DNA from: an uncultured Gammaproteobacteria bacterium
GTDB taxonomy: Bacteria > Cyanobacteriota > Vampirovibrionia > Gastranaerophilales > CAZEDP01
Reading direction: 5' to 3'
NCBI GenBank assembly: GCA_964643065.1
Contig: CAZXPD010000005.1
Location: 8 to 64,007, forward strand
DNA length: 64,000 nucleotides
A model generated the notes under the pieces. That model was not told the origin of the DNA. It made no database searches and saw nothing but the letters and a program-made list of their open reading frames with translations. Shown piece by piece: positions 10,169 through 20,821 of the stretch (position 1 is its first letter; each line of letters begins with the position of its first letter). The position numbers and the translations under genes are program-made.

Positions 10169-10558
10169 TTAAGCAAAAACATCCAAATGTCCAAGTCTAA
10201 CGATATCTTTAATCATTGTTTCTTTTTCATCATTATCCTGTTTCATAAAAATTCGGTTACCAGCACATTCACAACAAAGTTCTCGTAGATGAAGAGTACT
10301 AAATTTCTTTTTATTAGTTAGCTTTGTAAGATCAATACAATCGAATTCATACTCATCTAACATTGTATTAGTTACTTTAAAATTGGTAATTAAGCCCACA
10401 GTAGACCGATTATCGTCAATGTTTATTTGAATTGTGTCGCCGCTTTTCATATCTTCCCAAATACTTTCCAAATTCTCATAATTCCCTTGAGGCTTAACTT
10501 CAAGCTTGCTGTAACTTAACGGTTCACTTCCGTAAAAACTTATTCCATTCGCTTTCAT
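10169..10558 (-). CDS. hypothetical protein (leader-motif class, MKANGISFYG...)
   Basis: 129-aa ORF with upstream GGAG SD. No recognisable domain. Confidence 0.7.
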   Translation of the reverse strand: MKANGISFYGSEPLSYSKLEVKPQGNYENLESIWEDMKSGDTIQINIDDNRSTVGLITNFKVTNTMLDEYEFDCIDLTKLTNKKKFSTLHLRELCCECAGNRIFMKQDNDEKETMIKDIVRLGHLDVFA

Positions 10559-10583
10559 TTCTATCTCTCCAATTTATAACTAA

Positions 10584-10667
10584 TTTATTTAAAACCCGCA
10601 CGTGAAAAAAATTGACAGTAATTGTAATTTTTTTGGCAAAAAATTTTTTCAGCGGGTTTTAATAAAA
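10584..10667. repeat. imperfect inverted repeat across a divergent promoter region
   Basis: Left arm TTTATTTAAAACCCGCACGTGAAAAAAATT, right arm AATTTTTTCAGCGGGTTTTAATAAA (about 25-30 bp arms). Confidence 0.7.
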
Positions 10668-10696
10668 TATAGGAAAAGTTTTTTAAAAGGTCTGGG

Positions 10697-12307
10697 ATGA
10701 TAAAAGCAATAATACAATCAAATATTACAAGCGTTATATTAAAACTCTCCGAAACAAAAGAGAATTTTTTACAAAAGATTCATGTAAGAATAGGCGGAGA
10801 TTCATTTGTAAAACAGGACAATTCTGAGGAAATAAAAACCAAAAAACTTTTTGAAGCAAGAATAGACAAATTAAAAAATAATTATCCTCAAGACTATCAA
10901 TATCTGAAAGAAATTGCCACAAGTCTAAATCAAGCAGGGATTGAATTAAAAGAAAACGAGCTGTACAAGCTGGCTCCGCTTGTTGGTGAACAGGAATTTA
11001 AAGATATCTTATACGAATTGAAACCTGAAGAATTTAATACCGGAAAAAACTTTGATAATGTAAATAAGGGAACTTTCAGAGCGAATATGCACATACATAC
11101 AACTTTTTCAGACGGTAAAATGTCCGTGGAAGAGGTATTAGATCAAGCATCGAGATATTCTCAAAAAATTGCCGCTCTGCAAATGAAAAACGGAATTGCC
11201 GAAGAAGAAGTTAAACCGTTTGTATTTGCGATTACAGACCATGACAGGTTTGACGGTACAAGAAAGGCAATTATTGAAATTATAAAAAACCCGACAAAGT
11301 ATAAAAACATAAGATTTGTTCCTGCAGGTGAATTGACCGCACTTTACATGAATAAAGAATTTTTGGAAACACCTGTACCTTTTGATTTTGAGGCATACTG
11401 CGTAAACCCTTTCGATAAAGAGCTGAATAAATTTTTAGAATCCGTAATTAGCAGCAGATTCGATGCATTTTATGAAATTTTGGATAAAATTAACGCGAAA
11501 ACAGGCAAGGGCTTGAGCTTAACAGAGGCAATCAAAAGATATCCCGATATAAAAAGTTTTAAAGACGAGAAATTTAAAATTTACGTTGCTGAAAAACTGA
11601 CGGAAAATAATCTCAAAAAATTAATCCCTGAATGCGATGAAATCTTTTGTGTGTACGATAACGGCCAAAAAGGCAATAACGAAACAAACCGTAAAATCAT
11701 GCTGAAAATAATTAATGATATTAATAATTTAGAAGGAAATCCCGGTTTAAGTTTTGAAAGAGTTCAGCAGAATCCTGAAATCAGCAAGCTTACAAGAATG
11801 GGAATTTCCAACAGCTCATTTAAAAACATGCAGCTTTATTTTGAAAAACGGACAGGGCTTGAGTTACAGGATATTTTTGACGGAAAACTTGAAGAAACAA
11901 CTCCGGACATAAACAAAGTTGTTGATGCGGTTAATAAAAGCGGTTGCGGAATAACGGGCTTTGCGCATCCAGCAAGGATACCCATTGAAAAACATATTAA
12001 TAAAGATGCTCCGCTTTTGAAGAACATACCCGATAAGAGCAAAAATGCCGAAGCAATCGGTCTGCTTCTTGAAATCGCGCAAAAAGAAATAGGTATTAAA
12101 ACTGCCGAGTTAAATTACCAGTACGATAAGAATTATCAGGGATGCAAAAACAGAAAAAACATAGAAGGTATTGTGGGAGACATTAATAAATATTGTGAAA
12201 TATTGGGATTATTCCCGACAGGCGGTTCTGACGCTCACGGGAATAATATATTCACCGGACATGAAGAGATTAGCAAACTTAAAATGGATAATCTGCTGAG
12301 CTGCTGA
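10697..12307 (+). CDS. enlarged PHP-domain phosphoesterase with N-terminal extension
   Basis: ANMHIHTTFSDG, AITDHD, FAHPARI, TGGSDAHG. About 130-aa N-extension plus internal insertions (536 aa). Confidence 0.85.
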   Translation: MIKAIIQSNITSVILKLSETKENFLQKIHVRIGGDSFVKQDNSEEIKTKKLFEARIDKLKNNYPQDYQYLKEIATSLNQAGIELKENELYKLAPLVGEQEFKDILYELKPEEFNTGKNFDNVNKGTFRANMHIHTTFSDGKMSVEEVLDQASRYSQKIAALQMKNGIAEEEVKPFVFAITDHDRFDGTRKAIIEIIKNPTKYKNIRFVPAGELTALYMNKEFLETPVPFDFEAYCVNPFDKELNKFLESVISSRFDAFYEILDKINAKTGKGLSLTEAIKRYPDIKSFKDEKFKIYVAEKLTENNLKKLIPECDEIFCVYDNGQKGNNETNRKIMLKIINDINNLEGNPGLSFERVQQNPEISKLTRMGISNSSFKNMQLYFEKRTGLELQDIFDGKLEETTPDINKVVDAVNKSGCGITGFAHPARIPIEKHINKDAPLLKNIPDKSKNAEAIGLLLEIAQKEIGIKTAELNYQYDKNYQGCKNRKNIEGIVGDINKYCEILGLFPTGGSDAHGNNIFTGHEEISKLKMDNLLSC

Positions 12308-12395
12308 TTTATTACTTATCCAAGATAAGAACTTAACATATTTTGAAATAATTGTTAAAATTGTAATAATGGGGAATTTTTTAAAGGGTTAATCA

Positions 12396-13442
12396 TTGAG
12401 AAACGAAAAATTATTAAGCATAGTTAACCAAAGTATAAAACAATTCAAACTCGACCTTTCCGGTTACGGAATTTTTATACCTGCTTTTTCTTATGAACCT
12501 GTTCTATTTCCTTTAATTGCAGCTATGGCTTCAGCAAAAAATGTTTTTGTACAAGGGGCTCAATGTAGTGTTATCGAAAAACTTAAATCATTTGAAAACC
12601 AGCCCGAAATCAAAACAAATTTTATATTTGTCGATAGAGAAAGCCCTCATGTGCTTTCCAACACGGATATTTTGATTAAAAACGAAGGCATGCCTTATAT
12701 TGATGCAAAAATAACGGCTGCCCTAAAGCGAAACTCCGTTATATCAGTTTTTCCGAATGATTTGGATTTTCTTCACATTAAGGATATTAACCTTGAAGAT
12801 TGCTCTAAAAATGGAATATCCGTAATATCAGTTGATCCGAGTGACAATAATCTGTCTCTGTACAAATATTTTGCAAATATTGTTTTAAAACGCTGCTATA
12901 AATCAGGTCTCAATGTTTTTAAATCCAAGATTATCATTTTAGGTACCGGAGAGCTTATGGAAAATATAATAAGCCTCCTGAATTCATGTGGTGCGCAGGT
13001 TTATGCGGCTCATGCAGATAGCCCCGACAGCCAAAATTATGTTATCAAGCATTTAAAAGAAGCTGACGGTCTTATCATTGCTGATTATCCTCCTAAATCC
13101 GGCTTGCTTATCGGAAACGAAGGTTTGATAAAAATTATAGATCTTGTTGATTTAAACCCTGATATTAAAATTATTCATATCTCGGGCAAGCTTCAAACCC
13201 ATTCATTAACTTTGAGTAATATCAGACTTATGCCTGAAGTAATTACCCAAAGTTCACTAAATTTCGATATTTCAAAGACTGATATAAGAACACTCAGTAA
13301 CTGTATTGCTGCTGTGATGAAAGTAGCGGAAGAAAAACTCGGCTTGATTCACAAATCCGGTTGCTCATCTGCCGTACCTTCAGTAAAATATAATACTTTA
13401 AATGCAATCAAACCCTTATTGACCGAACAAATGTATATTTAA
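12396..13442 (+). CDS. hypothetical protein, possible Rossmann-like fold, heading the ArnT operon
   Basis: 348-aa ORF with an IIILGTG-type segment. Family assignment uncertain. Confidence 0.6.
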   Translation: MRNEKLLSIVNQSIKQFKLDLSGYGIFIPAFSYEPVLFPLIAAMASAKNVFVQGAQCSVIEKLKSFENQPEIKTNFIFVDRESPHVLSNTDILIKNEGMPYIDAKITAALKRNSVISVFPNDLDFLHIKDINLEDCSKNGISVISVDPSDNNLSLYKYFANIVLKRCYKSGLNVFKSKIIILGTGELMENIISLLNSCGAQVYAAHADSPDSQNYVIKHLKEADGLIIADYPPKSGLLIGNEGLIKIIDLVDLNPDIKIIHISGKLQTHSLTLSNIRLMPEVITQSSLNFDISKTDIRTLSNCIAAVMKVAEEKLGLIHKSGCSSAVPSVKYNTLNAIKPLLTEQMYI

Positions 13443-13556
13443 GCAGTATAATGATTGTTTTTTCACTATTTTAAACATAATTTAACCGGTTTTTTGGATA
13501 AAAGTTTTATTTCAGTTAAAATCTAGTTGATACAATTAAAAATCAACAGGTTTATT

Positions 13557-15272
13557 ATGAAGTTTTTGAAAAAAGAAAATTTGCTTTTCTTGATACTTAT
13601 CGCATTATGCGGCTTATTCTTTTTTTTAATGCTCGGTTCTTATCGTCTTATTGATGTGGACGAACCGAGATATGCCGAAGCAGCAAGAGAGATGTTATCA
13701 TCGGGAAATTGGATAACTCCGTATTTTAATTACGAACTAAGATTTGACAAGCCGGTTTTCTTTTACTGGCTAATAGCCTTATCATACATTGTTTTTGGTG
13801 TAACGGAATTTGCGGCAAGATTTCCTTCGGCATTGCTTGCAACTTTAACCGTTTTATTCACATATTTTTACGGCAAAACTGTTATTTCTAAAACCTTCGG
13901 ATTTATTTCATCCGTAGTTCTTATTACTATGCTTGAGTTTATTGCTCTTTCCAGAATGTCAATAACAGATATGACGCTATCTTCCTTTATCTGTGCAACA
14001 ATATTTTCGGGTATTTTAGGGGATTATTTTGCAAGAAAACAGCCGGACAGCCGCAAAGGTTTTATTTTATGGCTGTGCGCATATATATTCAGTGCGTTTG
14101 CGGTACTTACCAAAGGTCCGGTCGGATTTGTTCTTCCGGCATTAATATTCGGAATCTATTTCCTGCTGAAAGGAAGATTAAAAGAAAACTTAAAACCTGT
14201 TTACGTACTGCCTGGCATAGTTATTTTTTCCGTTATTGCAATCCCTTGGTATTATTTGATGATTAAAATACACGGGAACAGTTTTATTGACTATTTCTTC
14301 TTAAAACATAACTTGAAGAGATTTGCTTCGAGCGGATTTCATCAGCACAGACAGCCGTTTTATTTTTACTTGCCGGTAGTTCTTGTAGGAGTTTTTCCTT
14401 GGACTGCTTATTTTGTTGCTTCATTGATTAAGTATGCAAAAACCGTAATTAAATATGTTAAAGAAACAGCCCTCAAAACAACCGGAAAAATTAACATCGC
14501 AATCTTCAAAGACTCAGACGAAAAGATCGATGTCATTTTATTAAATTTAATCTGGTTTTTGATTGTTTTAGTTTTCTTTAGTTCTTCATTGGCAAAATTG
14601 GTAACTTATATTCTGCCGTTATTTCCTCCTTGCGCGCTTATAACAGGTTTGTATCTTTATGAATTTTTTACCGAAAACAAGAACAAACGAGGCATGATAA
14701 TTTCGTCGGCAGTATTTTTATTAATTTGCTTAGGGCTTTCATTAGTACTTATTTTTTCTTTTAATTCAATTCTTCCGCGAGACGAAAAACTTGTTTTCTC
14801 AATATCAAATTACTTACCGGCAGCAATATTATTGTTAACGTCAGTTTTATCGTTTTTATTTTTATTGAAGGGGAAAAAATTCTATGCCTTTGGTGTTAAT
14901 GTTGTTTTGATGTTTTTAATTTCCGTAATTGCGGTTACAACGGTATTACCTGCCGTTTATAATTCAGGACAGAAAGATTTGATAGAGTTTATAGGTATTT
15001 ATAAAAATTCCGGAATAAAGAACAGCGAGCTTTACACCTTTTCTCTTGTTAAACCCAGTATCGTATTTTACTCAAGAGAAAGAATTCCGTGGATAAAGAA
15101 TAGAAACTATTCAGGTCTTTCAGAAACAATATCGAAAGAAACCCCTGTATTTCTAATAATAAAAAACAAAGATATCGTAAATATTCCGAAAAACATTAAA
15201 TATAATTTAGTCAAAAAAGGCGTGCGATACAGCTTTATTTCAAACAGAAAAATACAAACGAAGGAAGAATAA
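13557..15272 (+). CDS. ArnT/PMT-like polyprenyl-phospho-sugar glycosyltransferase (GT-C fold)
   Basis: DVDEPRYAEAAREM, FDKPVFFYW, ARFPSA, LTKGPVG, many TM helices. ATG at 13557 preferred over TTG at 13527. Confidence 0.9.
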   Translation: MKFLKKENLLFLILIALCGLFFFLMLGSYRLIDVDEPRYAEAAREMLSSGNWITPYFNYELRFDKPVFFYWLIALSYIVFGVTEFAARFPSALLATLTVLFTYFYGKTVISKTFGFISSVVLITMLEFIALSRMSITDMTLSSFICATIFSGILGDYFARKQPDSRKGFILWLCAYIFSAFAVLTKGPVGFVLPALIFGIYFLLKGRLKENLKPVYVLPGIVIFSVIAIPWYYLMIKIHGNSFIDYFFLKHNLKRFASSGFHQHRQPFYFYLPVVLVGVFPWTAYFVASLIKYAKTVIKYVKETALKTTGKINIAIFKDSDEKIDVILLNLIWFLIVLVFFSSSLAKLVTYILPLFPPCALITGLYLYEFFTENKNKRGMIISSAVFLLICLGLSLVLIFSFNSILPRDEKLVFSISNYLPAAILLLTSVLSFLFLLKGKKFYAFGVNVVLMFLISVIAVTTVLPAVYNSGQKDLIEFIGIYKNSGIKNSELYTFSLVKPSIVFYSRERIPWIKNRNYSGLSETISKETPVFLIIKNKDIVNIPKNIKYNLVKKGVRYSFISNRKIQTKEE

Positions 15273-16268
15273 ATGAACGAATTATTAATGGAAAAAGACC
15301 GGTGTAACACTTGTTATAAACCTGAAATATCAATAATAATTCCCGTATTTAACGAGTCCGAAAACGTTGAGCTTCTCGCTGAAAAAATTACCGGAGCTTT
15401 TGAAAAATTAAACAAAACTTACGAAATAATTTTTATTGATGACGGTTCATCTGATGATACTCCCAAAATTTTAGAACGGCTCTCAACAGCTAATCCTAAA
15501 ATAAAAGCGGTTATTTTCCGGCGTAATTTTGGGCAAACAGCAGGTTTATCAGCCGGGTTTGATTATGCGAAAGGCAATACGATAATTACAATGGACGGAG
15601 ATATGCAAAATGACCCCGATGATATTTCGCGTTTATTGGAAAAACTGGACGAGGGTTATGATGTTGTCAGCGGATGGAGAAAAGATAGAAAAGACAAACT
15701 TTTCAGCCGTAAAATCCCTTCAATGATAGCTAATAAAATAATTAGCAAACTTACCGGCGTTTATTTACATGATTACGGCTGTGCGCTTAAAGCCTATAAA
15801 GCCGAAATTGCCAAGGAAATACCTCTTTATGGCGAATTACACAGATTTATACCGGCTCTTGCCAGTATAGAAGGAGCTAAAATCATTGAGATACCGGTGA
15901 ATCATTATGCAAGAAAATTCGGCAAAAGTAAGTACAACATTCTCAGAACATTTAAGGTAGTTCTTGATCTTATTACCGTTGTATTTTTAAGAAAGTTTAT
16001 AACGCGTCCGCTTCATATGTTTGGCAGACCGGGACTTTTTTCTCTTGCAGCAGGCATATTAATATGCGCTTATTTAGCGTTTGAAAAAATATTTTATCAT
16101 ATGGAAATAGGTAACAGACCGCTGCTTTTGCTCGGTGCACTGCTTATAATAACAGGCATTCAATTCATAAACAGCGGTATTATTGCAGAAATTCAAATTA
16201 GAACGTATTATGAATCACAGAATAAAAACATATACAAAGTAAGAAAAACATACGGACTTAAGGATTAG
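15273..16268 (+). CDS. GT2 undecaprenyl-phosphate glycosyltransferase (ArnC-like)
   Basis: IIIPVFNE, FIDDGSSD, RNFGQTAG, MDGDMQNDP, HDYGCALKAY, two C-terminal TMs. Confidence 0.92.
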   Translation: MNELLMEKDRCNTCYKPEISIIIPVFNESENVELLAEKITGAFEKLNKTYEIIFIDDGSSDDTPKILERLSTANPKIKAVIFRRNFGQTAGLSAGFDYAKGNTIITMDGDMQNDPDDISRLLEKLDEGYDVVSGWRKDRKDKLFSRKIPSMIANKIISKLTGVYLHDYGCALKAYKAEIAKEIPLYGELHRFIPALASIEGAKIIEIPVNHYARKFGKSKYNILRTFKVVLDLITVVFLRKFITRPLHMFGRPGLFSLAAGILICAYLAFEKIFYHMEIGNRPLLLLGALLIITGIQFINSGIIAEIQIRTYYESQNKNIYKVRKTYGLKD

Positions 16269-16271
16269 GTT

Positions 16272-17288
16272 TTGGGCAGGAAAAAAGCATTAAAACTTCT
16301 CATAAGAATTACAATAAGCGTCATTTTTATTTCGCTGCTGCTTCATAATGCGGATGCCGTACAAACCATAAAGTCTTTGCTCAAAACAGACATAAGAGTG
16401 TGGGTTTCGGGGATTTTTCTGTATATATTGGGACAATTCATCAGTGCATACAAATGGAAGCTCCTTGCAAATGCGGCAGGTTATCAAAAAAAATTCAAAG
16501 ATTATATGAATTTTTATTTTATGGGCATGTTCTTTAATCTTTTTTTACCGACAACGGTTGGAGGAGATGTAGTTAAAGGCTATTATCTTTCTAAAGGCGA
16601 TGTTGAAGGAAGAAAAGCCCCTGCTATTTACTCAATTTTGGCTGACAGATTTACCGGTGTTGCAGTTATAGTCTGGATAGCAACGATAGCATCTTTATCT
16701 CAGGCTGGAAACCCTGTACCCTTAATTTTCAAGATTTTTTTGGTCTCTCTTTCCCTTGGCATAATTATTTTAACTCCGGCCTTTCCGCTTATTCTTCACA
16801 AATATTTCAAAAGAAAGAAACTTGCAAGAAGTATCCTTAAAGATACAAAAACCTATTGGACAAACCCTAAATTAATGGCAACAATTTTTATGTGGTCATT
16901 AATTTTCCATATAACAGTTGTTATAATTCACGTTATTATTGGGCATGCTCTTAAATTAAATATACCTTTCGGATACTATTTTATCGTTTATCCTATTTCT
17001 GCCATTGCAGGATTTATTCCGTTTACTTTCAACGGAATAGGACCGAGAGAAGCTGCTTATGTTTTATTTTTACATTTTATAGGAATAACCAAAGCGGAGG
17101 CGGTTGCTTTCGGATTATTATGGCTGGGAATTGTTATCTGCTCAAGTTTATTCGGCGGAATATTTTATATCAAAGGCAAGCATGTGCCTCCTCCCGAAGA
17201 GCTTGAAGAAGAAGAGGAAGAATTCAATCTTTTACAAAAAGCATATGAAGATGATGATGAAACAACTGAAGCTCCAGATAATGTTTAA
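16272..17288 (+). CDS. lysylphosphatidylglycerol-synthase TM region / flippase-like protein (UPF0104)
   Basis: FFNLFLPTTVGGDVVK, SILADRFTG, PFTFNGIGPRE. Acidic C-terminal tail. Confidence 0.85.
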   Translation: MGRKKALKLLIRITISVIFISLLLHNADAVQTIKSLLKTDIRVWVSGIFLYILGQFISAYKWKLLANAAGYQKKFKDYMNFYFMGMFFNLFLPTTVGGDVVKGYYLSKGDVEGRKAPAIYSILADRFTGVAVIVWIATIASLSQAGNPVPLIFKIFLVSLSLGIIILTPAFPLILHKYFKRKKLARSILKDTKTYWTNPKLMATIFMWSLIFHITVVIIHVIIGHALKLNIPFGYYFIVYPISAIAGFIPFTFNGIGPREAAYVLFLHFIGITKAEAVAFGLLWLGIVICSSLFGGIFYIKGKHVPPPEELEEEEEEFNLLQKAYEDDDETTEAPDNV

Positions 17289-17376
17289 CTGAACAAATTC
17301 AGATAAAACAACATATATTGATAACTTTGCCTGATTGTGAAAAAGTGTAACTATATTACTCTGAGAGTTTTTTAAA

Positions 17377-19800
17377 ATGACCGTTTCCGATGTGCTGCCT
17401 GAAAGCATTGATATGATAAAAAAGGCTGTTGATGTTGAAATAAAACATCATTATATAGATATTTACGGTAAAAAATGCAAGTTTTCCCGATTTGTTCTGG
17501 AAGAACTATATAAACTTTCTAAAGCTGATAAAAAAAACGATAAATGGCAGTATCTTTACAATGTTTTTGAAAGTTATGCCGTAAATGATCTTTCCAATCG
17601 AATGAAATCAGTAAAACAGCTTTTGCGGTATCTTCAACCTGCCGATAAAAAAGAAATTCCGGCAGGGAAAAAAGTTTTTGACGATAAAAGACCTCTTGAC
17701 GAAATTGATGTTGCTTATATAAAGGGAGTAGGACCAAAGGTTGCCTTGTTGTTCAATAAACTCGGCATTTATACCGTGGATGACCTTTTATCTTATTATC
17801 CGAGAAAGCATCTTGATTATGCCTCACGAACTCTCATTAAAGATTTAGAACCCGGCAGAGAAGTTACTATTTTTGGAAATATCAAAAATATAGGCATTTT
17901 TAACAGTAAAAGACGTCAAAATTTAACTATAATTACTGTAACTATTGCTGATGAATCAGGCACTCTTCCCATTAATTGGTTTTACGGAAAGTCAAATAAA
18001 TTTATGACGGACAGGCTAAGAGCTCAATTCCCTTTAGGGGCTGATATTATTGTTTCCGGCATGGTAAAAATTGATAATTATACCGGAAAGCTAACGATTG
18101 ATAAGCCGCAATTTGAAATTATTAAAGGAAAACATGAAGATTCTGCCGAAGATTCTTTGCATGTCGGACGTATTGTTCCGGTTTATTCTCTTACTGAAAA
18201 TCTCAATGTCAAAACTCTAAGAAAAGCGGTTCACAATGCTTTGGAAACTTACGGTTCAAAAATACGGGACTTTTTGCCGGAAAAATTAATAAAAAAATTT
18301 CAATTTTTAGACAAAGAAAATGCGGTCAGGCAAATTCATTTTCCCGATTCAACAGAAAATCTTGAGCAGGCAAGGAAAAGAATTGTATTTGACGAACTTT
18401 TCCTCTTACAGCTAAGGCTTGCTTTAATGAGAAAACGTTATAAAACCGAATCCGAAGGATTTGCTCTCAAAACCCAAAAAGACGGGTATATTGAAAAATT
18501 TAAAAATTCCCTGCCGTTTGAACTCACAAAAGCTCAAGAAAACGCTTTTAAAGAAATCCTTGCGGATTTAGGCAAATCTGAGCCTATGCAAAGGTTGCTT
18601 CAGGGCGATGTCGGGAGCGGGAAAACGGTTGTTGCCTGCATGGCTCTTTTAGCCGCAGTCGAGAACGGCTTTCAGTCAGCGATTATGGCGCCGACAGAAA
18701 TACTTGCGGAACAACATTACCGTAATTTCGTTCAATGGCTAACGCCTCTTGGATTGAGCGTAGGGTTGTTTGTAGGCAAACACGGGCAAAAGATAAGAAA
18801 AGAACAGAAACAAAATTTAAGAAACGGACAAATCAATGTTGCAATAGGAACTCATGCTCTTATTCAGGAAGGGGTGGAGTTTAATAATCTCGGACTTATA
18901 GTTATTGATGAACAGCACAGGTTTGGTGTTAAACAAAGGTCTATGCTGAAAGGAAAAGGGCACAATCCTGAAATGCTGACCATGACAGCTACGCCTATTC
19001 CCCGAACATTGGCACTGACAGTTCACGGAGATTTGGATTTAACAATAATAAACGAACTTCCGCCCGGAAGAAAGCCTGTAAAAACTGCCTTTATCGGCTC
19101 AAAAGACAGACATAAAGCGTATTCTCTTATAACAAAGGAAATAGACAAAGGACATCAGGCTTATATTGTATTTCCTCTTATTGATGAATCCGAAGCTCTA
19201 TCGGCAAAAGCGGCAACGAACGAAGCTGAAAGGCTTAAGAAAACAGTTTTCCCAAATTTAAATATCGGACTTGTTCACGGGAAACTTCCTCCGGCAGAGA
19301 AAGATACGGTCATGGAGGACTTCAGAGCAGGTAAATATCATATTCTTGTTAGCACAACAGTTATAGAGGTGGGAGTTGACGTTCCGAATGCAACGATTAT
19401 GGTTATTGAAAATGCTGAAAGATTTGGTTTATCCCAGCTTCATCAGCTGCGCGGACGTGTCGGGAGAAGCGATGAGCAGTCCTACTGTGTATTGATTGCA
19501 GATTCTTCTTCGCAGGAAACCAGAGAAAGACTTTCCGTAATGACACAAACAAATAACGGATTTATAATAGCAGAGAGCGATTTAAGATTAAGAGGTCCGG
19601 GAGAATTTATGGGAACTAAACAAAGCGGCATACCGGATTTAATCCTTGCAGATATAGTAAATGATGCTGATATACTTGAAATTGCAAGAGAAAGTGCGTT
19701 TGATTTTGCAGAAAATGAAGATATAACAAAATATCCTGTTTTAAATGCTAAAATAAGCCAAAAAATCGAGGAAGGGCTTGAATTAATCGGGGCAGGATAA
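17377..19800 (+). CDS. recG: ATP-dependent DNA helicase RecG with cyanobacterial-type N-terminal extension
   Basis: LLQGDVGSGKT, DEQHRFG, MTATPIPRT, QLHQLRGRVGR. Extra N-terminal segment AVDVEIKHHYIDIYGKKCKFSRF. Confidence 0.97.
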   Translation: MTVSDVLPESIDMIKKAVDVEIKHHYIDIYGKKCKFSRFVLEELYKLSKADKKNDKWQYLYNVFESYAVNDLSNRMKSVKQLLRYLQPADKKEIPAGKKVFDDKRPLDEIDVAYIKGVGPKVALLFNKLGIYTVDDLLSYYPRKHLDYASRTLIKDLEPGREVTIFGNIKNIGIFNSKRRQNLTIITVTIADESGTLPINWFYGKSNKFMTDRLRAQFPLGADIIVSGMVKIDNYTGKLTIDKPQFEIIKGKHEDSAEDSLHVGRIVPVYSLTENLNVKTLRKAVHNALETYGSKIRDFLPEKLIKKFQFLDKENAVRQIHFPDSTENLEQARKRIVFDELFLLQLRLALMRKRYKTESEGFALKTQKDGYIEKFKNSLPFELTKAQENAFKEILADLGKSEPMQRLLQGDVGSGKTVVACMALLAAVENGFQSAIMAPTEILAEQHYRNFVQWLTPLGLSVGLFVGKHGQKIRKEQKQNLRNGQINVAIGTHALIQEGVEFNNLGLIVIDEQHRFGVKQRSMLKGKGHNPEMLTMTATPIPRTLALTVHGDLDLTIINELPPGRKPVKTAFIGSKDRHKAYSLITKEIDKGHQAYIVFPLIDESEALSAKAATNEAERLKKTVFPNLNIGLVHGKLPPAEKDTVMEDFRAGKYHILVSTTVIEVGVDVPNATIMVIENAERFGLSQLHQLRGRVGRSDEQSYCVLIADSSSQETRERLSVMTQTNNGFIIAESDLRLRGPGEFMGTKQSGIPDLILADIVNDADILEIARESAFDFAENEDITKYPVLNAKISQKIEEGLELIGAG

Positions 19801-19810
19801 AATATCCACG

Positions 19811-20617
19811 CTAATTTGCAACCAGTTTTAATTTAGTACACTTTTGCTTTATGACTTTTTTCTCTGTTTTTAGTTCTTTCATTCGTTGAATAATATAACT
19901 TACATTCGCAGAATTAGGCTTTAGATTTAAGTATTTTTTATAATATCTTAAAGCGTCAGACGGACAGAACATCCTGTCAAAAGTTATTGCAATTCCCAAA
20001 TATGCTCTTGAAAATTCCTTATTAGCTTTAATTGCCTGCCGAAAAATTCTTAAAGCCATTGAGAAGTGTTCTACCCGCAAATATAAACTTCCCAGATTGT
20101 TATATGCAGAAAGGTAATCAGGATTTGTTTCAATCACCTTATTATAAATTTTGACCGCCATCTCGGTTTCACCGATAAGTTCGTGAACAAGAGCAAGATT
20201 ATTTTGTGCATCCACAAAGTCGGGATCGAGTTTAATAACTCTTTTAAACTCTTTTAAAGCCTCATTTAAATTATTGTTTTGATAATACGAACTTGCAAGT
20301 TCGTATCTTATTGTTTTATCAAACGGAGCAAGTTTGACGGCTTTTTCAAAAGCAACAATCGCGTTTTGAATTTTGCCGAGCTGTTTGTAGGATAACCCTA
20401 AGCCCCTATACGCATCCTTATTATTTTCATCATAAGAAATAGCAAGGAGATATTCACTTATTGATTCCAAAAAATAATTTCTTATCCGAAGCGCATCTGC
20501 TTTAACGCAGTGTTCATATGAGTGTTTGCGTTCTTTATCGAGGTTCTCGTTGATAATTGCCTTATTCAGAAATCCTTGAATTTTATCTGTCACAAGATTA
20601 TTGATAATAATAACCAT
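19811..20617 (-). CDS. tetratricopeptide-repeat protein
   Basis: Repeated TPR signatures (AYRGLG, AQNNLA, AYNNLG, AYLGIA). Confidence 0.9.
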   Translation of the reverse strand: MVIIINNLVTDKIQGFLNKAIINENLDKERKHSYEHCVKADALRIRNYFLESISEYLLAISYDENNKDAYRGLGLSYKQLGKIQNAIVAFEKAVKLAPFDKTIRYELASSYYQNNNLNEALKEFKRVIKLDPDFVDAQNNLALVHELIGETEMAVKIYNKVIETNPDYLSAYNNLGSLYLRVEHFSMALRIFRQAIKANKEFSRAYLGIAITFDRMFCPSDALRYYKKYLNLKPNSANVSYIIQRMKELKTEKKVIKQKCTKLKLVAN

Positions 20618-20821
20618 TTATAACTTACCCCTGTCTATATCTCCTCAAGTGTTATGAATAACTGTTCTAATGTATTGTATCCTTTTTTTTTACACAAGAA
20701 ATCATCCTGTGGATTTAAATATCCTGAATGATATATTTTTTAAAATGGCACACTTTAACAGCTGAAAAAAAACTTTATTAGTGCTTAAATCCTTTATATA
20801 AGACTTAAATGAGTATTATAA

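Noticed and set aside
17200-17288. Poly-Glu/Asp tail (GAA repeats) of the flippase-like protein as a tandem repeat locus
   Set aside because: It is short, in-frame, low-complexity coding sequence with no evidence of phase variation.
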